Assembly (NCBI GenBank): GCA_028534125.1
Contig: CM052817.1
Location: 5,520,001 to 5,584,000 of the forward strand
Reading direction: 5' to 3'
DNA: 64,000 bases
Origin: Lama glama
Taxonomy: Eukaryota
The notes below the pieces were generated by a model that was given only the letters and a program-made list of their open reading frames with translations, had not been told where the DNA came from and made no database searches. The position numbers and the translations under genes are program-made. Within the stretch, counting starts at the first letter, position 1. Each line of letters begins with the position of its first letter. Shown here in pieces: positions 1-12,360 of this stretch.

Positions 1-392
1 ACTAAGTACCACCGCTGAGGGGCTTAAATGACAGACATTTATTGCCTCAGAATTCTGGAGACCAGAGTCAACATCAAGATGGTGGCAGGGCGATGGCCCT
101 CTGAAGGTGCTGAGGAAGAGTCTGTTCCCGACTTCCCCTCCTGTTTTCTTGGCTGTGGTAGCAGGACTGTAATCATCACATGGCCTTCTCCCTGTGTCTG
201 TGCCCCCATTTCTCCTTTTATAGGGACGCCAGTCATCCTGGGTTAGGGCCCCACCCTCCTCCAGTATGACCTCATCTTAACTTGTACGATTATACCTGAA
301 TGACCCAACTCCCAAACAGCGTCACGTCCTGAGGTCCTGGGGGTTCCCCATACAGAACGAGGGGGCACACATGAACATTCAGTCCACAACAA
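1..392 (-). mobile_element. ERVL-MaLR solo LTR (MLT1-type), partial
   Basis: Resembles the reverse complement of the MLT1-like LTR at 1231-1619 (tgacctcatcttaact, cagtccacaaca end). Confidence 0.7.
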
Positions 393-1230
393 GTCTCAAC
401 CGTACATACCACGCATGACATGCTGTATGTTACACACATCCCGACATCCCCATGTGTGCAACATACAGACACACCCTGGTTTTACGTTATCCCCTGCCTC
501 TATTTTCTCTTTGTCTCCTTGGATATTTTAGAAATATAAACATCTATTTGTCTTTCTATAGTCTTGGAGGAAAGCAAGTCTTAATAAATAACAAAATAAT
601 GGAACTGTGCTGTGTTGATGTGCAGGGGCCAGCTGGCTGGAAATGCGGTGACACTCCCCGCAGTGCCCTCAAGGCCACTGGCTTTCACACTGTCCTCCCT
701 GGAGTCTCTGGGGGTCTCACGGAGCCCCCTCAGGGTCTATGGCCATGCAGGCAGGGCTCCGGCCCCACCCTCGGGGAACCCCAGCTCTGTGGGATGGGCT
801 TCGTGAGCCACGTGGCAGGTGAACAGCCCACGCTCACGATCGCTTGGGAAACCCTGAGGCCAAACCAGCCGCAGCGGGTCAGCCGGCAGGAAGCAGCAGC
901 TCCTCTCAAAGCTGTTATTACACCGTCTCTGACTTTTTTCCTACAGTTGAAGGGTTGGGCAGTCTACTGCCAAGGGCCCTGGTAAAATCACCTGGTAATT
1001 TGACAATCTCAGGGACCAAAAGTGAAATGACCAACTTCCTTTAGCAGGTGGCCTTGTCTGTCACTGGACTTGCTGCTGGGGTCTCTCGGAATCACAGGCA
1101 GATTCATGACCTGGGTCGCTCAGCAGACTACTGGCGGCAGGCCCTGGGGACACAGGCACAGCTGCCTTCCCAGGGTCCCCTGGCCGCCCCTCCGTGCCAC
1201 GGACTCTGGCCTGCCCTGTGTCTTGCTCTA

Positions 1231-1619
1231 TGTTATGGACTGAATGGTGACACCCCCTAAATTCATATGTTGAAGCGCTCACCTCTAGAACTCAGAATGT
1301 ACCTGTATTTGGAGATAGAGTCTTTAAAGAGGTAATTGAGGTAAAATGAGGTCATAACAGTAGGCCCTGATCCAATATGACCGGTGTCCTTATAAGAAGT
1401 GGGGATCAGGACACAGACACCACAGAGGGACGACCGTGCGAGGACACAGGGAGAAGACGGCCGTCTACAGGCCGAGGAGAGAGGCCTCAGAAGGAACCAA
1501 CCCTGCCCACACCTCGACCTCAGGCTCCCTGCCTCCAGGACTGGGAGAAAATTAATCTCCCTTGTTTCAGCCGCCCAGTCTGCAGTGCTTTGTTTGGGCA
1601 GTCCTGGCAAAGGGATACA
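1231..1619 (+). mobile_element. ERVL-MaLR solo LTR (MLT1A/B-like) with 5-bp TSD
   Basis: TG...CA termini; perfect CTCTA duplication at 1226-1230 and 1620-1624; MLT1 hallmark tgttatggactgaat...gtatttggagatag. Confidence 0.85.
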
Positions 1620-3178
1620 CTCTATATTTGGAAGTAAACCAAATTCAGGCATAAATTAAATAATAAACAAGAGAAAATTCTATGTCTGCACCAAACTTTG
1701 ATTTCTGTTAGAAATAAATTTCCAAAAAAGGGGTAAAATTCTGCCTCTCACACAGACATGAAAATGAGTATCTGTTAAAGATTTGACTGAACAAGTTAAT
1801 CTGGGGGGACTGGGCAGATGTTCTAACTGGCTCAGCAGAGAACTCACAGAACAGACACACTTTTGGGTCAGGAATATGGAAATGGTGTGAAATGGAGGCA
1901 GGTTGGGTTTTCGCATCAGGAGAGAAGCCAGCTGAACCTCTGCAGGACAGGACAGGGGCCAAGAGAATTGTTTTGCATTCCTATGGGCGCCAGGCTGAGT
2001 CAGGTTTATGTGTTTGCATTATGTATAACCATAAAGGATACTGTTTGGAAAATTATTCGTTTTGCTTCTCTTTTTCCTCTAAGAACTTGAACTTCCTCCA
2101 TGATGATCCAAGCATCCATCTGCCGTGGGTGGGGGTGGAGTGAGAGCAGGAATATTACAGAGGAAGCGAACACAGAGGTCGAGGAACTATTGGGTCCCCG
2201 CATGCAGAATGAATCTCACAGCAAGACAATAGATCTGAGAGCCAGGGTTTTGCTAGAGAGATGGGATTTTCAAAAGTCCTTTCTCTCCTCTGTCGGCACA
2301 TCCTGGCCCAGCTGGGTTAGAGGGCTGCAGAGACGGCGAGGCCAGCCCTGGGGCCCAGGAGATGGGATGCTTTTGCCCTGAAGGCAAAGGAAGGAGAGCG
2401 GATGGGAGTCTGATTCACCCCTCCAGGCATCCTGCAGGTGAACTCCCCGAGGCCTCCACTTAGGAGCAAGGGAAACCCTGTCCCCACCTCCTGTTGACCT
2501 CCAGTGTCCCTTATAAGGACACAGTTCTGTGGGATCAGGCCCCAGTGTTATAGCCTCATTTTTCCGGAGGGAGACATAATTCAGTCCTTAGCAACCACTG
2601 TCTAGTTCTAGAATCTTTTCATCATCTCAAGTGGAAACCCCAAACTCATTAGCAGTCACTTCCCATCCCGCCCCCGTCCCCTGCCCTCCTACTCGCTCAT
2701 CTGCTTTCTTTGTCTGCTGGTTTGTCTCTTCTGGGCATTTCATACAAATGGAATCGTGTATCACATGCAATCTCCTGTGTCTGGCTCCCTTCACTCAGCA
2801 TTGTGTTTTCCAGGGTCACCCATGAGTTAGAGCTATTTTCAAAGCCCCTTTGTACAGAGGAGACACCAGAGCCCAGCGAACAGTGGCGAGTTCACCCAGC
2901 TGTTTTGTGGCGTCTCCTCTCACAACCGCTTGAACCCTGGAGTCTGGGACATTGTCGGCACTCGGCAAGGTTTAAAATAAATGAGTAAGTGACTTCCCTT
3001 CCTGGGACACATTCCTGCAAACTGGGGAAAGAGGAGGCTACTTGGCCAGCCGGCTTGGGCTGAGGGGCGGGGCTTGGGGGGTGTGGCTCAGGTGGGGGAA
3101 AGTGGCCAGGCAGCCTCTGGGGGCAGCCTTAGCGGCTGAGGTCACCCAGCCGCGGTCTCCGCTTATTTTGGAGGACTA

Positions 3179-3197
3179 TACCGCCATCTGGTGGCTG
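3179..3197 (-). promoter_or_regulatory. Candidate CTCF binding site
   Basis: Minus strand CAGCCACCAGATGGCGGTA is close to the CTCF core consensus (TGGCCACCAGGGGGCGCTA) in a locally CpG-retaining region. Confidence 0.6.
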
Positions 3198-6100
3198 GAG
3201 GAAAACCCGACACGAAACAGCCCGGTGGCCCGTAGGTTTCCTGGTAATTTCAAGGAAAAGAGAGCTTTTTGGGTAGGGCACCTGCTGGACCCTCACAAAC
3301 AGCATCGGACTGCAGGGGGCGAGACGGGACATGAGAGGAGGATTCCGAGCGGTGATATCTACACATTTTTTTGACAAGGAGAGATGTTTATGACAATTTG
3401 CTTTGTAGAAAGGCAAAAAGAAATGTGTATGGTTATGAGCTGATTTTACAAATGTTGAGCTGTCTGAATGTATTTGTCTCTGACTGCAGAGGAGAGTATC
3501 TGGAAGGGAACACACAACGACGGAAGTGGTGCTCGACCTCACTGGCTGGTGAAGTCGCGGGTGGGGTGGGGGGAGGGCCGGGGGCAGTGGGGGAGGGGCG
3601 CAGCAGGCTCAGCTGTTGCTGTCAGGACAAGAATCACAGTTATCAGCATCACCCTCGTCATCACTGTCACCTCTAGGATGGAAATATTGTTCCTTTTTAC
3701 TTATTTGTTTTTTCTGATCTTTCTCTATCGTCCATGTTATGTAGAAAAAAGAAATTAAAAAGAAGAGGGTGGGGTAAGCTCCAGTGTAGACGAGTTATGA
3801 CTCACAAATATCACAGCCGTGGGTTGTCTAGAAACCCACCAGCCGCCTGGCAGGCGAGCCCTGCATTCTGGGCCTGGTCTGATCCTGGCTCTGGGGCCAC
3901 TAACTCACCTGGGACCTCAGGACCCAACCGCCCAGCTGGGTGGAATGGGGCAAGTTCCCTGACCTCCCAGGGAGTCACCTTCCTTATCTGTAAATGGGGA
4001 CAATCACAGGGTCTACCCAGCAGGGTGTCACGGAGCTTAAAAGGGTTGACACTTGTGTTTCCGTTGTGCCGGCGCATGAGAAACACGATGCGTCTTGGCT
4101 ACTGGGAAAGTCACCACCTCCCATCTCAGGGTGTCTACCCACCGAGGGATTCAGAAGAGAGCAGAGGGTCCCCAGCTACTGTCCTATCACCTGCCTCAGA
4201 ATCATCTGGGGAGCTGTGGCCTTGACCTACAGGGGCTAAATTTCCAAAGATCTGCTTTGTTAACAAGTCTTCCTGTTGACCTCACAGAAAGTGGAGACCC
4301 ACGGAAACAGGATATAATTCCTAAGGTCCCTTCCAGCTCAGACAGTCACAGATGCTGGGGTTCTTCTGAAGACCTGCCCAATCTCTTAGCTTCTGCACCC
4401 CAATTTTGTAATGAAAGGTAGTTCTTGGCCCAGGAGAGTTCTACAGGAACCTCATTACGGGTCATCCTCAGAGAATGCTCGCAGAGCACTAGGACTGAGA
4501 ACGCCTTAGTCCAGTCAGGATACTGAAGTCCAGGGAGTAGAGGGCTTTTGTCACATGGCTGGCCGGTGATAGAGCTGAGAACACAGTCCCCTGACTCCGG
4601 GGTCAATGATGTGCACGTGCACGCACACACACGCACACATACGCACACACGTGCACTCTTAATCTTGCTGTGGATGGCCCATGCTACGTGCACACCACAA
4701 AGTGAAGGCCTGGCCCACTGCAAGATAATCTTCCATCCAAGAGCACAGTCACACACTTCCTTTTCAACACTTCTAAGCTTTGCCTTATTTAGGTTAAGGC
4801 TTTAGGGCAGAGTAATAAAGGGAGAAAGGAAAGAGGCAGGAAATACACATTTAAAAGCTTTGGTTTTCATTTTTCCCTAAACTTTGCCTCTGCAAGAACA
4901 CATTACCGTCCTCATCAAGCAGATTTACTTCTGCCTGGGTAGATCCCACTCTTCGGGCCATGGGCAGAACCCAGGTGACAGGAGGCACACCGTAGACGTT
5001 TACTGATGGGGGCAGGAACTCTTCAGGGGTTTGGTCTGAGCCACTGGACGAATGGGGTTGCCATTTAATGAGGTGGGCCAGAGCAGGGGAAAGGATGAGG
5101 TGCTTGGTTTTGAAAATGTTCTGTCTGAGATGTCTGCTGGCCATTCAGATAAGGGGAGGGGTTCTAGAGTCTGGGGAGAGGCCTGGGGCAGACACAAGTT
5201 CGGGAGGGACAGCCGAGGGAGAGCAAGGACAAGGCCGGTTGCAGGCCTGTGCTCTGGGGCACCCCAACTTCTGCATGAGGAGGGGAACAGGAAGCTGAGA
5301 TGAGCAGTCAGCGAGGTGAGGGGAAACGCAGAATGAGCAGGCCTCCAGGAGGCCCCAGCTCTTGTCTCCTGGAGGAAGAATCACTTCCCTGCTGAGCTGT
5401 CAGCACTGCCCAGGAGTCAGCTGAGGTGGGGACCGAGAACCACCACTGGGCCATCAGTGGAGACCTGGGCAAAAAGGGTTTCAGTGGAGTAGTGGGGACA
5501 GAAGTCATCTGCTCGAATAGGGTGCCAGCGAGAAAAGGAAATTAGAGGATCAATCCAGGAGGTCCACTATTTTGACTGAAAGGTATTACAGGAACATTGC
5601 TTTGACAGTTATTTACTGAGCATCTAGTAAATGCCAGGCACTGTCCAGGCACTGGGGATAGAGCCGTGAACAAGAGACAAAAACCTCGGGGGCGTACATC
5701 CTGGTGGGGAAACAGATGAAATCTATAGTAGGTTTGATGGTGGAAAGTCCTAATGAGAAAAACAAAGCTGGGGGGAGTGGGCTGGGGTGGGGGAGGCTGC
5801 AGGTAGGTGGGGGTGCAATCTATAGGCACAGGCACAGGGATTTGGCAGGTGTGGGAGGAGGCTGAGGGATCCTTTCTGTTTGCTTCTGCGTCCGCAGAGA
5901 AATAGGAAGCAAGGTCCTGAGAGGGGGAGGAGGTGGGGAGGTAGAGAGGCTAGAGAACACAGTGAGGAGAGAGACTGTCATTCAGGACAGCACAGAGAAT
6001 GAGGAAGGAGGCAGGACAGACCCAGGGCTCACCAGGAGCTGCAGGAGAAACCAGAGGATGGCTTCTCACCAGCCTGGCTCAGTGACCGACGTAGAGGAGC

Positions 6101-7237
6101 AGAGGGCAGGTGGAGGTTTACCAGGTAAGCTTGATAAAGAGGCCAGAAGGCAGATCATGGGAAGATGGCCCATGGGGCTTAGCCCGGGAAGGAGGTGGAC
6201 AGGGACACGAGGCGTGAGAGGCTGTGAAAAGATGAGCTGACTAATGGACTGTGGGTCCCAGTAGGGTTGAAGGGTTGGTGAGGTCGGGATACTGGAGGGA
6301 GGAGCTGGAAAGAGCCGGAGTGGGGATGAGAAAGAGGACAAGTGGGAAGACAGAAAGAAATGACCATCCATGTGCAACTACCAGGCATCAAGTTCACTGC
6401 CAGGCACGCCCCTGAGACCTCGGGCCTCGCCCACAGCTGCATGTTCCTGTGCAGGTCACCAAACCCGTGGGACCTTGGGCTCCCCCATCTTTAGGGCAGG
6501 GACAGTAGGTGCTCGCTGCCCCAGCTTCGTGGACTGCGGTGCCCTGAATGGTTGGGAACACCAGGAGTTGCACCTGAATCTGACTTCACAGCTGACCTCC
6601 TGGTCTGCAACCATGGTTTTTCCAAGAAAATCCTGCCCTGCCCACGTCTCTCGCTGGTTGTCTATTTCTGAGCTAGGACTGATGACGGCAGGACTGGAGG
6701 TGCCCTCACACACTCTGGTCCTCTGTGCAAACAGTTCTCTGGACCAGTGACTTCTGCTGTCCACAAAGGTAACCGCATTTTCCGCCCTGGATCTCACTTT
6801 GCCATTCCAGCGACAGTGCTGTGGACACGACCCATGGCCCCACAGAGGCAAGCAGGTCTGCTGGGCGGCTGAGAGGAGGAGCAGGCTCAGGAGCTCTGTC
6901 CAGCAGCCAGACCTGGGCAGGTATTTTCAAGTGGATGAGATCATTCGAGCTTTGTAAGAATGCTGAAAGCTATTTATCTCATGCTGCACAGAAGCAAACC
7001 CAGAGAAGGTTCTGAAAGGTGGAGTAGCTTGCCCACGAGCTCACCAGGAGGTGGTGGCCAGGGTTCAGGCTCTGCTCTGGGCTCCGAAAGTCCTCTGTCC
7101 AGGGCGGCAGAACTGAACCCGTGCTTGTCCTTGCAAGGGCGCTGTTGGTGATGGCTATCTTCTTTGTACCACTATGGTCTTCAGATTAATAAAAAATGTT
7201 GGAGGAAACACAATATCATATAGAAAGGCAACTTTCA

Positions 7238-7243
7238 TTTATT
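7238..7243 (-). terminator. ZBTB49: ZBTB49 polyadenylation signal AATAAA
   Basis: tttatt on the + strand about 430 nt past the stop, within an AU-rich 3' UTR and followed on the minus strand by a GU-rich tract (tattgtgtttcc). Confidence 0.7.
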
Positions 7244-7674
7244 CAAATTAAATTATAGTATGAGTTTCCTATACAAATAAAATCTTTTTGTAAATAAAAA
7301 TACAAAATGCTACAAATTTCAATCATATAAAAATGCAAAAATAACATCTGTATTGTGATATATTTATTTTCCCTTTATCATGACCAAACGCACAGTAGTT
7401 ACCCGGAGTCCACACCGTCGTGCTCACTGAAGCGTGAAACGGTCTCTCAAGCCTTTGGCTTCTGTGACACGAGCTGTGCTCAGTCTTGTGTCTGCTTCCA
7501 CGAAGGTCCAGGGGGCCTTCCTTCCCAAATCTTGAGCTGGGGATGCTTCTGGTTATCAGCCCCCACCAGGAGGGAAGCGGTCCGACCGCTCTCGGGCCGG
7601 TAAGAAGGCAACTGAGGACGGCTTGCTCCTGAAGCTCTGAGAGGTCTGCACCGAGGCGGCGCCGCCGCAGGACG

Positions 7675-8327
7675 TCACTGGTCCAGCTCGCTCTCATTCT
7701 GCAGCGTCTTCATCGCCAGCCCCCAGAGGGTCATGCTGGAGAAGAACTGTCCGTCCGAGTTCCTGTGCGCAGGGGCCGCGGCGCGGCTGCCCAGGGGGTC
7801 CCCGCAGTGCTGGTCCAGCGCGGCCAGCGAGGAGCGGATCATGGCCATGCCGTCGGCCTGCAGGGGCTCGGCGCCGGCCGCATCCGCGTAAGCGTAAGCC
7901 TGAGGCTGCGCCTGCGGCAGCGGGGGCTTGGCGGCTTTAGCCGGATCCAAGCTGAGCCTCTCCTGGTCACCGACTCCGTGAGGCTGCACCGTGGGCCGGA
8001 ACTTGCAGTAGGAGCCGGCAGAGTGGCTGTCGAATTCAGTCGCTGGCTCTTCTTCCACTGGGTGGACGGGGAGCTTAACGGACACGGGCATCAAAGTCAC
8101 AGACACGTCTTGGGAAAAGGAGTCTGCGCTCTGAGGTTTCCCAGGCTCCGAGGGGGCGATGGGCGGCGCGAGCCCCGCGTCGTCCGCTCGGCAGTGCATC
8201 TTCCTGTGCCGCCGCAGCACGGCCGAGCGCGTGAAGCACTTGCTGCAGACGTCACACGTGTACGGCTTCTCCCCGGTGTGAGTGCGGACGTGCCTGCGGA
8301 GGTCCCCGGAGCCACCGAAACATTTTC
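7675..8327 (-). CDS. ZBTB49: ZBTB49 exon 8 coding part: zinc fingers 6-7, C-terminus and stop
   Basis: ttcctccag|; [32 protein letters not shown]...[24 protein letters not shown] at 7675-7677. Confidence 0.96.
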
Positions 8328-8457
8328 CTGGAGGAAGAAAAAGGGGTCTTTTCAGCGGGGAACGTTCTGGAAGGAGTCCCCTCCTCCAACCGCTAAACCC
8401 TGGCCCACGCTGCTTTGACTTGAACTCAGTCGGGCCCTGCATCACTTGCTCACTCTG

Positions 8458-9215
8458 TATATATATATATTTTTTATTGAAGTATAGTCAGTTTACAATG
8501 TTGTGTTGATTTCTAGGGTACAGCATAATGCGCAGTGCTTCAGTCACACATGAACATACATATATTCGTTTTCATATTCTTTTTCACAAGTTACTGCAAG
8601 ATATTGAATACAGTTCTCTGTGCTGTACAGCAGGACCTTGTTGTTTATCTATTTTATATACATTAGTTAGTATCTGCAAATCTTGAACTCCCAATTACCC
8701 CTTACCACCCCCTTCCCCGCCCCACAACCATAAGTTTTCTATGTCTGTGAGTCTGTTTTTGTTTTGTAAATAAGTTCGTTTGTCTCTTTTTTATATTCCA
8801 CATATGAGTGATATCATATGGTATTTTTCTTTCTCTTTCTTGCTTCCTTCACTTAGAATGACAATCTCCAGGTCCGTCCATGTTGCTGCAAATGGCATTA
8901 TTTTACCATTTTTATGGCTAAGTAGTATTCCACTGTATAAATATACCACAGCTTCTTTATCCAGTCATCTGTTGACGGACATTTGGGTTTTTTCCATGTC
9001 TTGGCTATTGTAAATAGTGCTGCTATGAACACTGGGGTACATGTATCTTTTTGAATTAAGGTTCCCTCTGGATATATGCCCAGGAGTGGGATTGCTGGAT
9101 CTATTTTCAGTCTTTTGAGGAATCTCCATACTGTTTTCCATAATGACTGCATCAAACTCCATTCCCACCACCAGTGTAGGAGCGCTCCCTTTTCTCCACG
9201 CCCTCTCCAGCATCA
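8458..9215 (-). mobile_element. 5'-truncated lineage-specific L1 (end of ORF2 plus 3' UTR) with 17-bp TSD
   Basis: Minus-strand translation [20 protein letters not shown]...CTPVFIAALFTIAKTWKKPKCPSTDDWIKKLWYIYTVEYY is the L1 ORF2 C-terminus; TSD atcac(t/c)tgctcactctg at 8441-8457 and 9216-9232. Confidence 0.92.
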
Positions 9216-10489
9216 ATCACCTGCTCACTCTGGATTCCAGACTTGTCCACACTTCTCCAGCTGCAGCCCCTCCAACCTGCAGCCTCATCTGGTGCCTCAT
9301 GCGAGCCCCGGCCGCCCTGGGTGGGAGTGCCTGCTGGGTAGGCCAATGCACCGGCCTGCTGCCTATGCTGAGAAACTCTGTCAGTTTTGTTCAGATTTTC
9401 ATAAATCTAACACAGCCAGTCTATGACTTAGAAGCATCTTTTCTAAAGATACTAATGTGTCCAGCTCCTAACATCATTTTATGTCTCCTTCTCCAGGCTC
9501 CCTTTTCTTTTTCTGGATGTATCATAGAAGCAGGGGATTTAGTTCTGCCGTTAGAGTTGGTTAGCAGATCAGAAAGGAAAAACCAATCAGCAACCTTACG
9601 GAAGCCATAATATATTTATAAAGGGCTGAAACAAGCTATACAATTTACGGGGACACATTTTAGAACTTCTCACTCATTCCTATGTCACACTATTTGAATT
9701 CTTAGCCACCCAGTCCTAGTCAAACAATGGTGGGCTATTTGGGCTGCTTCTAATTGTTTGCTCCTATATCTGAGGTGCAATTAATATCCTTCTTTTCCTT
9801 AAGATAAATTCTTAACAGTGGAATTACTGGGCAAAGGTGATCACTGCTTTCAGGTTCCTTAATATGTACAATTTCAGCCACAGTGGAGTGAGTTCCCACG
9901 GAGAGAGGGGATATGGGAAGTGTCTCTCCTCTGTCCCTCCATCAGGAGGTCACAGTGAAGCAGCGCCCACCTTCTGCGGGGAAAATCCAGTGGAGACAGC
10001 TGGCTTGCAGGATGGGTGGCAGAGAGGGGAGGGTCACCTCTGTGCTGGTGTGGGCCTGCAGACCCCCTGGAGCACAGACCATGGGTATTTCCACAGATCA
10101 GACACGGGTCATGCTTGCCAGTGAGCCAGTCTGGAACCTTTTGAAATCCAGCCTAAGAGGACTGCTTAGAGGGGCGATGGGACCTCAACAGAGAAAGTCT
10201 CCTTGGAGTAAACTGCTACAAAACTAAGGGCTAGAGGGAAAAGTCAGGCTGGAAGAAAAAGCGCCTCTCCATCTTAGAAACTGCAGTTGAATGCTGGGGA
10301 AGGAGAACGGAGTGGGTCTAGGGCTGGCCTTAGAAGCAGCATGAACTGCTGGAAACAGAGGGACAGGGACAGGGGGATGAGATGGAGGGAGGGGAGAGGG
10401 AGGTGGAGGAGGGAGGGAGGAGGCAGAGGAGAGATACAGACAAGCTTCAAACACAGCAAAGCTCAGAACATGAAGCCACCTTAAAATGG

Positions 10490-10865
10490 AAACTATCTTT
10501 TGAACCCAGGGAAGTGAAAACATACACCCACCCATAAACTTGCACGTGAGTGTTCACAGCAGATTTGCTAAGTGAAAGGAGACAATTACGTAAGACCATA
10601 TATCATATGATTCCATTTACACGAAATGTCTGGAACAGGCACATCTATAGGGACAGAAAGTGGACTGACGGCTGCCCAGGGCTGCAGGGAGGGAGTGCAG
10701 AGTGACTGCTGCTGGGTGTGGGCTTTCTCTTCTGGGCGATGAAAATGTTCAGGTTCAATCGTGGTGAGGGAAACACAACTCTGAATACGCTGAAACCGCT
10801 GAACTGTTCACTCTACACGGTAGATGTTACAGTCTGAGGTTTATCTCAATAAGCTATTAAAAAGA
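10490..10865 (+). mobile_element. Old L1M (L1MC/ME-like) 3' fragment
   Basis: Typical L1M 3' UTR phrases: tatgattccatttac...aaatgtc...acaggcacatctatagggacagaaagt, ending ttatctcaataagct. Confidence 0.65.
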
Positions 10866-12023
10866 CTTGAACCAGTCATGTGAGAACGCTCTCGCTCCCT
10901 TTCTCTCTTCCCCTGACGCCCCAAAAACAAAATCCTGGTTGTTGGTGGGAGAAGGGGTGCAAGCGTGGGGATGGGAGACGGGGTCCTGCTGCGCCTCCTC
11001 CTCGGCGGGGGTCTGGGCTGGCAGCCAGGCCCCGCTGGGAGGGGACGAGAACACTGAACCTGCACTCCAGTTCACAGATACAACAATAATTTGGGAACTG
11101 ACACTTTAAATTAAGGATTTGGGACTGTAATTGCGATTTAAACTGATGTGATTTTATCCTTTAAGAATGATCAGAATGGTCCTGGAGGAGCTGACAGACG
11201 TTCATGTCCAGGAGATCCAGATACAATTTAAGTGGGAGATACAAAGAAAGCTGCCTTCAGTCCCCACATGTCCTGCCCTACTTTAGACACCAATCACCAC
11301 GAGAAGGAGCCACTCCAGGGGTGCCCCAGTTCCAGGCTTCGCTGCCTGACTCCGAGCGTTGTTCCTATTTGTTCCAAACAAGTAATCATAGCAATGGTCA
11401 CTCACTCGTTCACCTGAGATTCAACCCACACTGTCAGGTGTACACATCCTGTGCACGCGCACACACACACGCTCCCTGAGTTCTCCAGAGGCTCTAACAC
11501 TCTGTGACTGCCGTAACAGGAGGCTGAACTCACAGTCCCAGTTTCCTCACCTGTGCAGGGATGCACCCCGAGACTGAGGGCTGCCAGCCTTCCCTTTCCT
11601 TCCTGATGATGTCACTGATGGGTCAAATGCCTTAGAAACAACCTCGGCTTCGTGATACATGGTCTCAAGAAACCTCCATCTCAACCCCAAGACGGTCTCC
11701 CCCACTTTTCCAACTGCCTGTGCCCCGCCAGCCCAGACCAGGAGCACGTGGCACCTGGGACCCCGTATCAGTCATCTTTGTATCCGGAGCACCTAGGACA
11801 GTTCCTGGTACCTTGAAGACACCAAGTCAACGTCTGCTATGTGAACGGAGACGAATCAGAGAAGACCAAGGGGCCAGTGGAACAGCATTACTTCCAGTTT
11901 ACCCAAGAGAAGAGGGATGGCTTATCCGGGACCCCAAAAGCGCATGACAGAGTGGGCAGAGACGGGTGCCCTCCCCACAGGGGCGGCCAGGTGACCGCCG
12001 GCCTGCAGCGGGCGGGGACTCAC

Positions 12024-12185
12024 CGCAGGCGGAACAGCTGTAGGGCCGCTCCCCCGTGTGCCGGACCCGGTGCTTCACCAGCTTCCTCTGCATGTTGAAA
12101 GACTTCCCGCACTCGTCGCAGGTGAAGACCTTGTCGGCCGTGTGCGTCTTCTTGTGCTCCTTCAGGTTACTGAAGTTGCTGAACC
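12024..12185 (-). CDS. ZBTB49: ZBTB49 exon 7 (162 nt)
   Basis: ctccccag|; GFSNFSNLKEHKKTHTADKVFTCDECGKSFNMQRKLVKHRVRHTGERPYSCSAC; donor GCG|GTGAGT; preceded by a 92-nt intron. Confidence 0.96.
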
Positions 12186-12277
12186 CTGGGGAGACCGGAG
12201 CAGGTGTTAAGCTGAAGGACTGAGGACAGCCTAATCGGAAATCTTCAAGGGAAGAAAAGGAAAACACTCAGCTCTAC

Positions 12278-12360
12278 CTCGACCACAGATGTCACACAAG
12301 TGTGGTTTTTCTCCTGAGTGAATAATTATGTGACGCTGGACATCACCAGAGGCTGCAAAC
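12278..12360 (-). CDS. ZBTB49: ZBTB49 exon 6 (83 nt)
   Basis: ttacag|; FAASGDVQRHIIIHSGEKPHLCDICGR; donor GAG|GTAGAG. Confidence 0.96.

Noticed and set aside
7765..8418. 217-aa + strand ORF
   Set aside because: Antisense shadow of the GC-rich last exon of ZBTB49; no domain or splice support.
8898..9216. ORFs with similarity to an L1 protein
   Set aside because: Truncated L1 ORF2 remnant, not a host gene.
11551..11754. Possible extra ZBTB49 exon with donor CAG|GTGAGG
   Set aside because: The donor lies in MIR-like sequence and the acceptor lacks a polypyrimidine tract.
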